A DNA stretch of 64,000 bases from Hydrolagus affinis. Lineage: Eukaryota. Each line of letters begins with the position of its first letter. The first letter of the stretch is position 1. Positions 47,001-59,000 of the stretch are shown here, in pieces. Location of the stretch: positions 1 to 64,000 of the forward strand of contig JAAILG010001229.1 of NCBI GenBank assembly GCA_012026655.1. Reading direction: 5' to 3'. The translations under genes were made by a program, and so were the position numbers. The notes beneath the pieces are model-generated. The model was not told the DNA's origin, did no database searches, and saw nothing but the letters and a program-made list of their open reading frames with translations.

Positions 47001-50000
47001 GGGTGGGGGAGAGAGAATGATGATATTCTGCTGGATAGAAGGGGAGGGGGGGTAGGGGAGGGAAATCAAACTCCAATTCAGGGGAGTTTAAGCCAGCAGT
47101 GTATGCTGAATGGGGGGGAAGGGAGAGTGGGTGGGGGGGGGGGGGATGTCGACAAGGCACCTAGGTTGAGATTTACTAAAATACCCCATATTCTTTCTCT
47201 TCCCCCTCTTCCTTACACACACACACATACATACACACATTAAATCAAACATTAAAACCCCCCAACAAACCCTTGAGTTTGCGCAGGGAGCCAGTCATGT
47301 GGCTGTGCTGACTGAGCGTTTGTGATCTACCAACTGCACATCTGGACACACTGAGGACACACATTCCTCACATGATTCAAACGTTTGAAATGTCAAAGCC
47401 AATCGAGGTGCCACTTGGTCTTTAAAGAAGCCTGTGCAGCTCTGGTAGGCAAAGCCCTGAACACCTACAGATGTTGGGGAGGGGGTGGAAACAGCTTTTT
47501 TTTAAAAAAAAACCCCATCAAATTCCTGGCAAATTATTGCCTTACTGTTTTATTTGCATGTTGAGGAATGAGTCTGCTTCTGGGAATACTTTCTGTATTA
47601 GAAGTTTGGGAAGCCCACACACACACACAGACACAGACACAAACACACGGACATTTTAAAAGCTGCAAAACATAGCCAGCTCTTGAAGGGTTAACACTTT
47701 TGAAACCGAAACTTCTGTACAAACCTATATTCCCTACAGTAAGTAAGTCCGCAATCCTCACCAGGCATGTGCTTCCTATTAGTCTGACGGCCGTTAGCAG
47801 AGTCGTTCCAAAGCAAAAAGTGTTTTATTCATGGCGAGGCAGACATTACATTACATTCACTATGATTTTGTGCAACTGGTGCCCATAAATCATCTGATTG
47901 ATTCTGACTCTGGCTACTCAGCAAAATGAGCCTTTGTACTGCAAACATTGCAAAATAATCCTTTAGGTTTAGCACTGCGAGTGCATTGAGGACTTTTTTT
48001 TTAAAAAAACAAAAAAGAAAGGTTCCAGCGAGCATTATGTAAAAAATGAGATTCTAGTCAAACTCGGCCAACTCCCTTCCTCTTAAACTTCCGCTCTGAT
48101 TCGACATGCAGTACTCACTCACTCATCGACATTGCTCATTGCTGCCCCTTCCAGCTTGGAACAGCCTTTCTTGAGGCAAAACTTAAGGCAGGACTTCCCG
48201 GCTCAAAGTCTGCCTTCACAATGACAATATGCAAGTCTGTTCCTTTCCCTGAGAGAGTTGTAATCAGACATGCTTCAAATCACAACACAGGAAGTGCTTT
48301 GTATGGCCAATCCCAGGCAGCTAATCTAACTGCTGGGTTATCTCTCCGGAGGCAACTCTCCCAAGGTTTGTGAAAGCAAACTGCTGTCACCGAGGCACAC
48401 GACTCAGAGAGATTAAAAGGACATAATTGGCCCAGTTTATCTTAGAAACCTTAAACTGAACTCTTGATTAATCCATAATAAAAGAATAACATCAATAATC
48501 CGTCCATTGGTTGGATTATTCTCTGAATTGGGCCAAATTACAAAGACATTTGTACAGTAAAATGATAATAATTCTGGCATTTCGAGACATCTCAAAGCGC
48601 TTCAGGGAATATCTTGTAATACTAATTGACTAGTTATTATTATGTGGGCAAAACGCAGCAGTCAATTGCGCGCAGCAGTGTCCCACAAAAAGTTGTGGAT
48701 TGAGTAACAATTTTTTTAAAAAAAGGATTACAAATTGATGCATCTTTAGAGCTCAAGAGCCGAGGCCAGAGTGATACACCTTTTCACATCAATTCATCTG
48801 CCAGGAGTACATAGTAATAATAATTAATAATAATAATAATACTGCACAGACTGACTGAATCCACAAGGGAAAAAAAGGTAGGGCCTGGCTCCACAGCTGC
48901 CAGCGTGATTCAGTTACACTGAGATTCCAATGACACTCCAACCATAGGCAACATGATACTCCATGCATTGGGCTTCACTAAAATCCCCCAAACTGGTTCT
49001 CGTCACTGCAAGCGTGCGATAGTCCCTGTCCAGCTGTGTCAAACCATATGTCAGTTTTAATCTTCAAACCGACTTTTCCCTAGAGCAGCCATTGTACTAT
49101 TTTGCCAGTTGCCCCCTCCGCCTCTCCCGTTCTCCAGAAGAACGTTGAACATCTTCCAAGGATTTTTCCTCTTTGACACCGCCTTCCCTCACCCCATCCT
49201 TCCCACCCTGCCTGGTGATCACAGTGTTCCTGTAAAGCTCTCTGAGATGCGGCTCCTATGCGTAAGGATCTCCTCCCAACATGAAATGTGTTATAAAATG
49301 TAATTTGTTGTTCTTGATGATAATGATAATAATAATCCTTGGATCTGATATAGCGCCTTATCACGTCTTCGAGACGTCTCAAAGCGCTTCCCAGGATATA
49401 CTGTAAAGTGGGGTGCCTGTGAACTTCGTGGGAGAAATGCGGTAGCCAATTGCACACAACTGATGTTGTACAACAACAAATGCATTTGTGTAACGCTCCT
49501 CATGCAAGGTAGAGTCCCAGAGTGCTTTAGGTGAGTGCTTAGGAGTTGAAAGGTACTTTGCAATTGTTCTTGCAAAAGGTCCCTGGTGAGACAACCAGTA
49601 TTTAACAACACTGTGCTGGCAAGTCAACCACTTCACCAGCAATATTAATTTCCTCATCTCATCTCCCCAGAGAGTTAAGTCAGAGTTTCAGCTAAAATGG
49701 AGGGAAAAATAAACAGAGCCATCTGGAGTTACTCATCTGTAAGTAGGAGTTTAAAAATATTCCAATCGTTGCCTGCAACCGGGTACAAATTCTCGGCAGA
49801 TATTTCAGTTTCTCGTTTTAACGGTTACTCACGTGCCGGGGGTCTTCGGGATCTGTGGAGTCCAACGTCCTTTGCAGATCATCGATCTCACGCTGTTTCC
49901 TGTCCATCTCCCTGCACTGGCTCTCCATCTGGTCCTCCAGCTCTCCAGCCTCCTGCCTCAGCTGGGTCAAAAGCTGAATCTTGTTGCCCAGTTGTTGACG

Positions 50001-53000
50001 GATACGTTCCTTCTCAGCTTCTGAAATCTGAGAACCAATAGATGCTATATACATAATATATATATATATACATAATACAATTTATATTTGTACAGTGCCT
50101 TTCACATCATGAGGATGTCTCAAAGCTCTTTGCAGTGCTAGATAGGGACCTGGGAGCTGAGTGGGGCTGTGGAGAGACAGCCTGGTTAAACGGGTACGTT
50201 TTGTAATATGCCTTGAAAGAAGGGAGTGGGCGAGTTAGAAGGACTCCGGGATGGAATTACACAGAGCAGCAAGCGGGATATAGATTGGAAAGTGTGGCAT
50301 TCATTGTTGGAGAAACTTCATTGATTATCCATCTACCATTTCCAAACCCAGCGGAAAGATACCTAAACTTTTACTTTTCTCATTGAGTCTACAATTCCTG
50401 ACCAGACACAGTTGCCTCATCTTAACTGGAACTCATAGTATTCCTCTGATCAGTGCTTAAAACCTCTGAACAAGGCACGTAGGGTATCAGCCTGTAAACT
50501 AGAAGCTTTTCAAACAGCTGAGAAAACACAAGGAAAGGCATCTCAAACCAGTTACGATCAACAATAAACCCAGAGGTAATCAAACCCACACTTTAAAGCA
50601 GTATTTTTAGAAGGTTAGTGCTTGGAAAGGCAAGCTTTCACGTAAGAATTTAAGGGACTGAAGGTGTCTGAATCAATACAGGATGGCAGTCCTCCGATTT
50701 GTGATAAAGGATTGAGCGATAGACAAACTTCTCAACACTGTTAGTTACTTAATCAAGGGCTCCTTTAGTTCCATTTGTACACATTTGCACAAGCTTTAGA
50801 CTCCATAGTCTGATATTTAACTTATGTTGCTGTTGTTGATGATAATAATAATAATTCTTGCATTTGATACAGTGCCCTTATCAAATCATTGAGATGTCTC
50901 AAAGCACTTCACAGAATGTACTGTAAAGTGTATTGACTGTATATTTTATGGATGAAATATGGCAGCAATTGCACACAGAAGTGTCCCACAAATAGTCATG
51001 GTCTGAGTGACCTATTTACCTATTTTGGAGGGGTTGTTACCCCCAAGAAAGTAATCCGCCATTCGACTAACAACCGGGGCTCCTAATTACTGCTAGGCAA
51101 ACATACAAACGCGCGTGGAGTCAGAAAACTTGCCTAAGACTTCCCCTGACCGGGAATCGAACCCGGGTGCTCTCGCTTGTATAAATACATACCCGTTTCT
51201 GTGCCGCTAATTCCTCCAGTTTTCGCAACTCCTCCATCGTCCTCAAAACCTGCTGCTGTACCTCTTGTTTATCACGCTGCAGTTCTGTCAGCTGGTGCTG
51301 AGCTGCAAACAACAAAGAAAATACAGGCAATCAGCTCTGGGAACATGCAGGATTATGTTTGACAGTATATAAGAGTGTTACATTTGCCAAAAAAAAAAGG
51401 AGTCACTACACTTACAACAACATCTGCAGTGCTCGGAGATATTTCAAAGTGATAAGATATTAAAAAAAGGATGCTCTTTCTAACCTCAAAGGTTCTCCAG
51501 CCTTCCTGTGACAAAATAATAATAATCCTTGCATTTGATATAGCGCTTTTCACATCTTATCGATGTCTCAAAGCACTTCACAGAATATACTGTAAAGTGA
51601 ATTGGCTGTATATTTGTGGCTGAAATGCGACAGCCAATTGCGCACAGCAGTGTCCCACACAGTCATGGATTGAAATGAACAATTTGATTATTATATTTTT
51701 GGGGGGACGGATTATAAGATTATTGTCTGAAATATTACTCCTGCCCTCAAATTCCGAGTAACACAACCGGTAATTCTGCAGCAAAACTCTACAGCTCTTC
51801 ACCTTTCTGAATCTGCTTTTCTTTCTCCTGCAGCTGCACATCCAGGGCTTGGTGAAGCTGCACTCTCATTTCTTCTTTCGCTGGCAGGTTACCCCCAAAC
51901 TGAACCATACCAACTTTGCTGGCCTGTACTTGGTCACCGATGTGGCTCTCTTGGATGTAAAGGTTTCTCTTATACCAGGCCTTCCCAATATACGTGCTCT
52001 CTCTCGGCACATCTTCCAGATCCACACTCTGCAAAAAATATATATGTTTAGCCTGGCTCAGTGGGTAGCACTCTCACCTCTGAACCAGAAGGTCCAAATC
52101 GCTGACTGCCCAACACATTGGGATGTCCTCCCAATATTGGAAAGGCGCTGTGTAAATGCAATTTGTTGTTGTTGTGGGTTCAAGGCTCACATCAAGGCTT
52201 TGAGCTCCCAGTCTAGGCTGTCAAATTAGTGCAGAGCTGGGGTAAGAGCTTCACTATTCAGAGGTGCAGTCCTTCGGATGAGAAGTTAAACCAATGACCC
52301 ATCCGCCTATCCTGGCGGATGTTTGAGATCTCATGGCACGATTTGAAAAGGGAACAAAATTTCTCCCCGTGTCCTGGCCAATAATCCCCCACATAAATAA
52401 ACCGGTCATTCGCTTCAAGTGTTGTTTGTGAAACATTGTGAAACCCAACTTAGCAGCTACTTCCATCCACAAACACACACTTTACAGAAAACTCAGCAAA
52501 GCACTTTGGGATATGTCACTGCAATAATTTGCTTTATAAAACTCAACAATTATAGGATTTTTATATCCCTTTAAACTGCAGAAAGCAGCTCTATATTAAA
52601 ATTTAAATACAGTAAAAGCTTGGTTATCCGACACCCCACCAACCGGATCGCTCAACCAACCGGTAGCTCCCAATACAATTCACCATTCCAGCAACCGGAT
52701 CTCATACTGGACCCATCCACTTCCGGTATGCTCACTTTGAGCATGCATACACATGCGCACTTATTAAACCTACCGAACGCGATTTTACCAAGTGTGCTGG
52801 AATGCTTTATTAGTAAGTATCTATACAATATTCTGTTATTATTTAGTCTATTATTAATATGGTATGTTTTAAAATAAGTAAATTTTTTGTTTAGGGTTTT
52901 CGGCAACTTGTCACTCGAATATCCAACATATCTGATTAACTGGCACCGATCAGGTCCTGAGGGTGCCGGATAACAAAGCTTTTACTGTAATAATAATCCT

Positions 53001-56000
53001 TGTACAGCAAAAGCCCGTTTATCCGGCACCCTCGAGAGCTGGCCAATGCCGATTAAAGCACGTACCGGATATTCAGCCGAACACACACACAAAAAAAGTC
53101 CCACAAAAAAAGTCCCCAAAAAAATGCATTGTGCCGGATAAATTCCGATTAATCGAATGCGGACCTTTGTTTGAGGTGCCGGTTATGCAGAAGTTACGGT
53201 TGATCGGGTCACGGATAAACGGGCTTTTACTGTATTTGATACAGCACCTTTCCATGGCTTCCATAAGCTTCAAAGCATTTCACAGAATATACTGTGATGT
53301 GAACTGACTATATATTGTGGATGAAACCTGACAGCAAATTGCGCACAGCAAATAGTGGTGGATTGAGTGACCAAATAATAATTTTTTTTTTTTAAAAGAG
53401 CAATGCTTCTGCAGGAATAAATTAAAATCCACCAAACAAATGCTAAACAACGGCTGGTGCTGATCCACGCTCCTCCGAACAAGACTCAGGCCTCTGGAAA
53501 GTAAGCTCACCTCGGTTGGAAAGTAATGTGTTGGTTCGAACTTTGCATCAATCTTGTAAAATGCCATTTCCTGCTCCATCTGAAACTGCTTCTGACAGGT
53601 CAGTGTAAGCTGAGCTGTTTTTTGCTTTAGCTACAGCGGAAAATAGAACAAATTTCAAAACAGGCAGGACACACTTTAGATCATACAAATCATTCATTTG
53701 TTTAAACATTTTCACAGCAGAGGTTCAGATAAAGAAGGCAAGCGAAGTCTATGACACGACACATTGAATAGGATTTGCTTGGAAGCAAATTGTCAAATTC
53801 CTTTGGCAATAAAAGCAGCTATCGTGTAGCTAAGGAATTCATTATTTGAAATGGAATTTTACAAGCCATCTTTGTATACCATTTTCTGAGCCACTATAAA
53901 CCCCAAATCCTACTGCTTAAGCTTAGTATTTATCAAGCTTTTTAAAAGCCAATTTTACACACTTTGACATTCAACAGGTGCAGGGATATTTATTTGAGCA
54001 GTCCAGGTTCTATCTGTCACATAAAACTTGCTCAATACCTGTGACAAACCACAAGCACACAAAACGTTCACACAACTGAACATCACAGTGATGATCGCAG
54101 AGATCGCACTTGGGACATTTCTGGGGGGGGGGGGGGAATCTAATTTGAAGTACAAATGAGATAGATTTCTGTTAGAAAATAACAGCTCGAGATACGTCAT
54201 TGGGGACACAACATATCATGCGACTGCCAGGATAGTGGAAGCCGAACTGGATGGACCTTGGTTGTTTTTCATCAAGCAAATTATTTTCTTAATCGTTGTT
54301 ATTCCTAAGAGAGCTGCCTATAATGAACTCAAGCGCCAACTAATTCCAGTAATATAAAGAGCTTGCAGTCTTCCAATACGATTATTTTAGGAAAACAGAT
54401 ATTTCAGCAACGTATTTCTGCTACATCAGTCTGTGGATTTAAACTGACAATCTTTCCCGATCCATTTGACTAGTGTCATTAGGTTTTTAAATTCAATGTT
54501 GCTAATGCAATCACCAGAGAAAGCTCTTTCTTCTTCCCACTGTGGAAATTTTTCCACAAGTTTGAGTTCCAGTAAATTCTTGTTTCTGCACAGCATTAAA
54601 GTATTAAACAGTGAGTCTGATTTAGAGTAATAACAGAAAACTCAATGGCTGCGTGTTCCTTCCATAATATATCAATATCAGGATAGCAATCCTGTTTCCT
54701 CTTTCACCACTTATAAACATAATAATAATCATAGGATTTGATTATCGTGCCTTATAACGAGACATCTCAAAGCGCTTCACATATACTGTAAAGTGAATTG
54801 ATTGTATATTTTGTGCGAACCACGGCAGCCCAGCAGTGTCCCACAAAATTGTGGTGACCAAATTATTACTTTTTTAAAAATTAAAAAAAATTCCAAGGCT
54901 TGTTACCCACCAGAAAGCAATCCGCCAATCGACTACCAATCAGATTCTTATTTACTGCTAGGTAAAGAGGCCTGTAGAGTAAGAATACTTGTCTAATGCT
55001 ACAACTTGCCCAGGAATCAAACCCAGGACCTCACTTGCAAGGCGAGTGCTCTAACCAATATACTACACGACTCCACGTTAGCATTTGTGTGCTTGAGGGC
55101 TTAGTATTGAGTCCCTTGTGTGATCCCTGCAGCATGCAACAGGAGCGCTACATGCCTGTGATACCTGAAAGCAAGCGTGCAGCAAGGCCTCAATAGACTG
55201 CGTCAGGAAAGACTGAAGAGAAGCGACAAAAAATAAATCACACGTTCAATATTATAAAGAGAGTCACACGTCAGAGGTTAAAAACATCACTGCAAATAAA
55301 AGGCTTAAAAAAAACACACACAATAGTCAACATCGCTCTCGTTGGTGACTGTGCTCACGAGATAGTGACAGGATCAGTGCACAACCGGTTTGTATGAGGA
55401 AAAGCTCCATATACTTCAACACACAGACAGTTCATCCAACAACAACAAGTGGAGAGACTGTATTTTACTTTTCCACAAACTACCTTCGCTGGGGTAGAAG
55501 CGCAGAGTGGGGGAGGGTGTTGGAAACAACCATGATACCAGCTAAAGAGAGAAAAGCAAGCACAGTTTTGTCAGCACACAGCACTAATATCCGTGAAAGA
55601 GCATGAAAAGAGCACATGGGATTTCTCACCCTCCAGAACCAAAGGCGGATTTGATGGTTAGAATCAAACCATTTCATTCTACGTGTTGGGTAATGACAGT
55701 GCAAGTATCTCGTGTAGCAGTTTATGAGACTTCAACACAAAAATGACAACTCGACTGAATAGTAGCAATGGGAAAAAGGCGATATGACCACAGACTGAGA
55801 GAGTCTACAGACAATCTGGCCCAAATCTGGACCGTTGTCTTACACTAGGCATGAAGGAGAACATTATTATTATGTCCATTGAGACAGTAATGAATTCCCT
55901 TTGTCAGTGGGGGACTAACGCAGGTACTGAGGAGGCTTAATCACACTGCGCTCAGTCCTACTGTGGCAACATGGACACCCGTCTTTCCCGGCCCTGCACA

Positions 56001-59000
56001 TTCCCCCGGGTTTAAATGGGTAACAATGTTCAGGTCCAATTCTTAGTTTAATGTAAATCAAATCAATCAATCGACCGAGTGTCAAGTCCTGAGAATCTGC
56101 GATTAGTTGCAGGTTCCTATTTTATCCAAGTTATCAATAACTTTTTTTTTAATAAATGGTCTGAATTGGTGACCAGCAAACTGGACAATCCTGTGTGACC
56201 CTCTCCGCTGTGATTTTGATTTCAGTATTATTGAAAATTACACCTACAACCTATAATAATAGGCACAATGAGCCGAATGGCCTCCTTCTGTGCTGTAAGA
56301 AACCTAGAATTCTATATGATTCATACCAGTTCGTTCTTGGTCTCCATTTCCTTCTCCAGGGCTTCGCAGCTGTTTTTCTGCTGCAGCTGCTCCTGTTTCA
56401 ATGACCTGTTCAGTTGTTCCTGGTTCCTGATCATCTCTAGGGACTTGGACTGTTCCTCTTCTAGGCACTCAATCTCCTTCACCTTCCTCTCTAGCTCTCT
56501 CTCCAGATTCTCCAGTTCTTCTACGTAACCCAGTAAAAGAGTGCAACACAATATTACATATTTTGTGGGCAAAATATAATATATTACACAGTATGTACAG
56601 TACTAATAATACTAATCATTACATTTTGATATAGCGCTTTTCACGTCTTCTAGACGTCTCAAAACACTTCATGGAATATGCTGTAGAGTGAATTGACTGT
56701 ATATTTGTGGGCAAAACACGGCATAGCAGTGTCCCACAAACACTCGTGGATTGAAATGACCAATTTTTATTATAGGTTTTCTTTGGACGGATTATTATTA
56801 GGCTTGTGGAGTAAGGAAACTTGCCCAAGGCTTTATCCTGAAATGACTGGGTTCGAAACACAGGTTTCACATTTGTAAGGCGAGTGCTCTAACCACTGAG
56901 TTACAGGACTCCACATTATGGCAGTCAATTGCCCACAGCAGTGACCCACAAACAGTTGTGGATTGAGTAACCAAATTATTAGTACTATGAATAATAATGA
57001 TTAATTATTAATTAATGAATAATTATTATCGTGCATAAACTATTATTTAAGATCATGCAGAATTGCTGAAAAATTCTGAAATTCTTTACCTAAATGAAAA
57101 CGCTCGTGAGCCTCATTTCTCTCCTGGCTGGTTACTGGCCGCCCGTCCAAACGCTCCAATGAACGTATATGGTATATGACATATAGGCGGTAATGAGGTA
57201 GGTTGGCTAACGGATTTTCTGCCAGGGTAAGCGAGGTCAGCTCTTTCAACTGCTTGAGCTTAGTGACATCTTTGAGCTACATCAGAAACACAGGACAATT
57301 TATATCTCACCTTACAGGAGGCAGACACAACATGTAATAATAATATTAATAATCACTACCTTTTATACCTTATCACATCTTCGAGGCGTCTCAAAGCGCT
57401 TCACGGAATATACTGTAAAGTGAATTGACTATGCATTTTTGTGGGCAAAACGCGGCAGCCAATTGTGCATTCAGTGACCATATTATTACTTTTTTTTTGG
57501 AATGATTATTAAGCCCTGAAAAGCAATCCACCAATCGACTAACAACTGGATTCCTACCTACTGCTAGATAAACAGAGGTGTGTGGAATAAGGAAACTTGC
57601 CTAGGGTTTTGTTCCGCCCAGGAATCAAACCTGGGTCCTCTCGCTTGTGAGCCGAGCATGCTAAACTCAATGCTGCACCGTTGAATCATAGAATCTTACA
57701 GCACAAAAGGAGGCCATTCGGCCCATCTAGTCTGTGCCGGCTCTTTGACCAGAGCAACTCAATCCCACTGCCCAGCTTTCTCCCCATAACCTAACAGACC
57801 CGTTCTCCCTAAATAAAGATCTAATTCTCTTTTAAAAGCTGTTATGGAATCTGCCTCCACCATCTTTCCAGGCAATGCATTCCAGATTGGAACAACCCCA
57901 CTGAGTGAAAACATTTCTCCTCAGCTCCCCTCTGCTTCGTTTTGAAACTATTTCAAATCTGTGACCACGAGTCACTGATTCGCCCACCAGTGGAAACAGT
58001 CTTTCCCTATTCATCCTGTCGAAACCTCTCATAATTTTATAAACCTCTATTAGGTCTCCTCTCAACCTTCTCTGTTCTAGAGAGAATAAACCTAGCCTAT
58101 TTAGCATTTCCTCATAACTGAATATGTTATCATGATATGTTATCTATTGCAAGTCAGAAGGCAATGGGTGTCCGAAGCGGTGCTTGCCATCCTTTTACAA
58201 ATGCCCCTGTTGGCATCCCACCTACCTGAGCAATGTTGTTCTGTTTGAGGTTAAGGACTTGAAGGGATCGTAATTTCTTTCCAACCCAGACAGGAATTTG
58301 CTCGATACTATTTCCGGCCAAATTCAGGCTGCGCAGGTTCACCATGTGCTCCAGACCGTCAATCTTTCTACAGCGCCGTCAAAATAAAAAGTTACATGTT
58401 TAAGCGGGACTCACAATCGTTGCTCTTCCTGCTGATCTGCGACATAAAGCTGCAGTTCATTTCTACCGGTTAGAAAGAAAGGAAGAATTGGCGATTTAAA
58501 AGAAAAAAAATGGCCAAAGTAAAAATGTCTCCCAGGAACTTTGCAGGTAATTCTCAGCTCCCTTGTACTCACCGGATCAGATTGTAGGAGAGATTCAGCT
58601 CACGTAGTTTCCCCAGCTTGTCCAATTTCTCTATTTTCTCAATCAAATTGTTGCTCAGGTTTAGGAATTGCATCTTCTCACATTTTTCCAAGTTTTCTAT
58701 GAACTGAACACAAAATATTTAGACACATGGTGGGTTTAAAGGTGGGATTCAAAGACGGTTAGAGAGAGGTGGGTGAGACGGAAGGATGGAGGCAGGGAGT
58801 TACAGAGTTGGGAGGGAAGGGAGTGACTGAATGCTTTGCCAATGATATGATGTGGAGACCCGAGCAGGTTTGTGTTAGTTGAACTTCATCTACTTAAGGA
58901 CGAAGATTAGCTTCAAATAATTTTTGCTAAAGACCTCTAAAAAATTAAAATACAATTTCATACTGGCCTGAGGGTCATCCTTCCAATAACATTAATTTTA

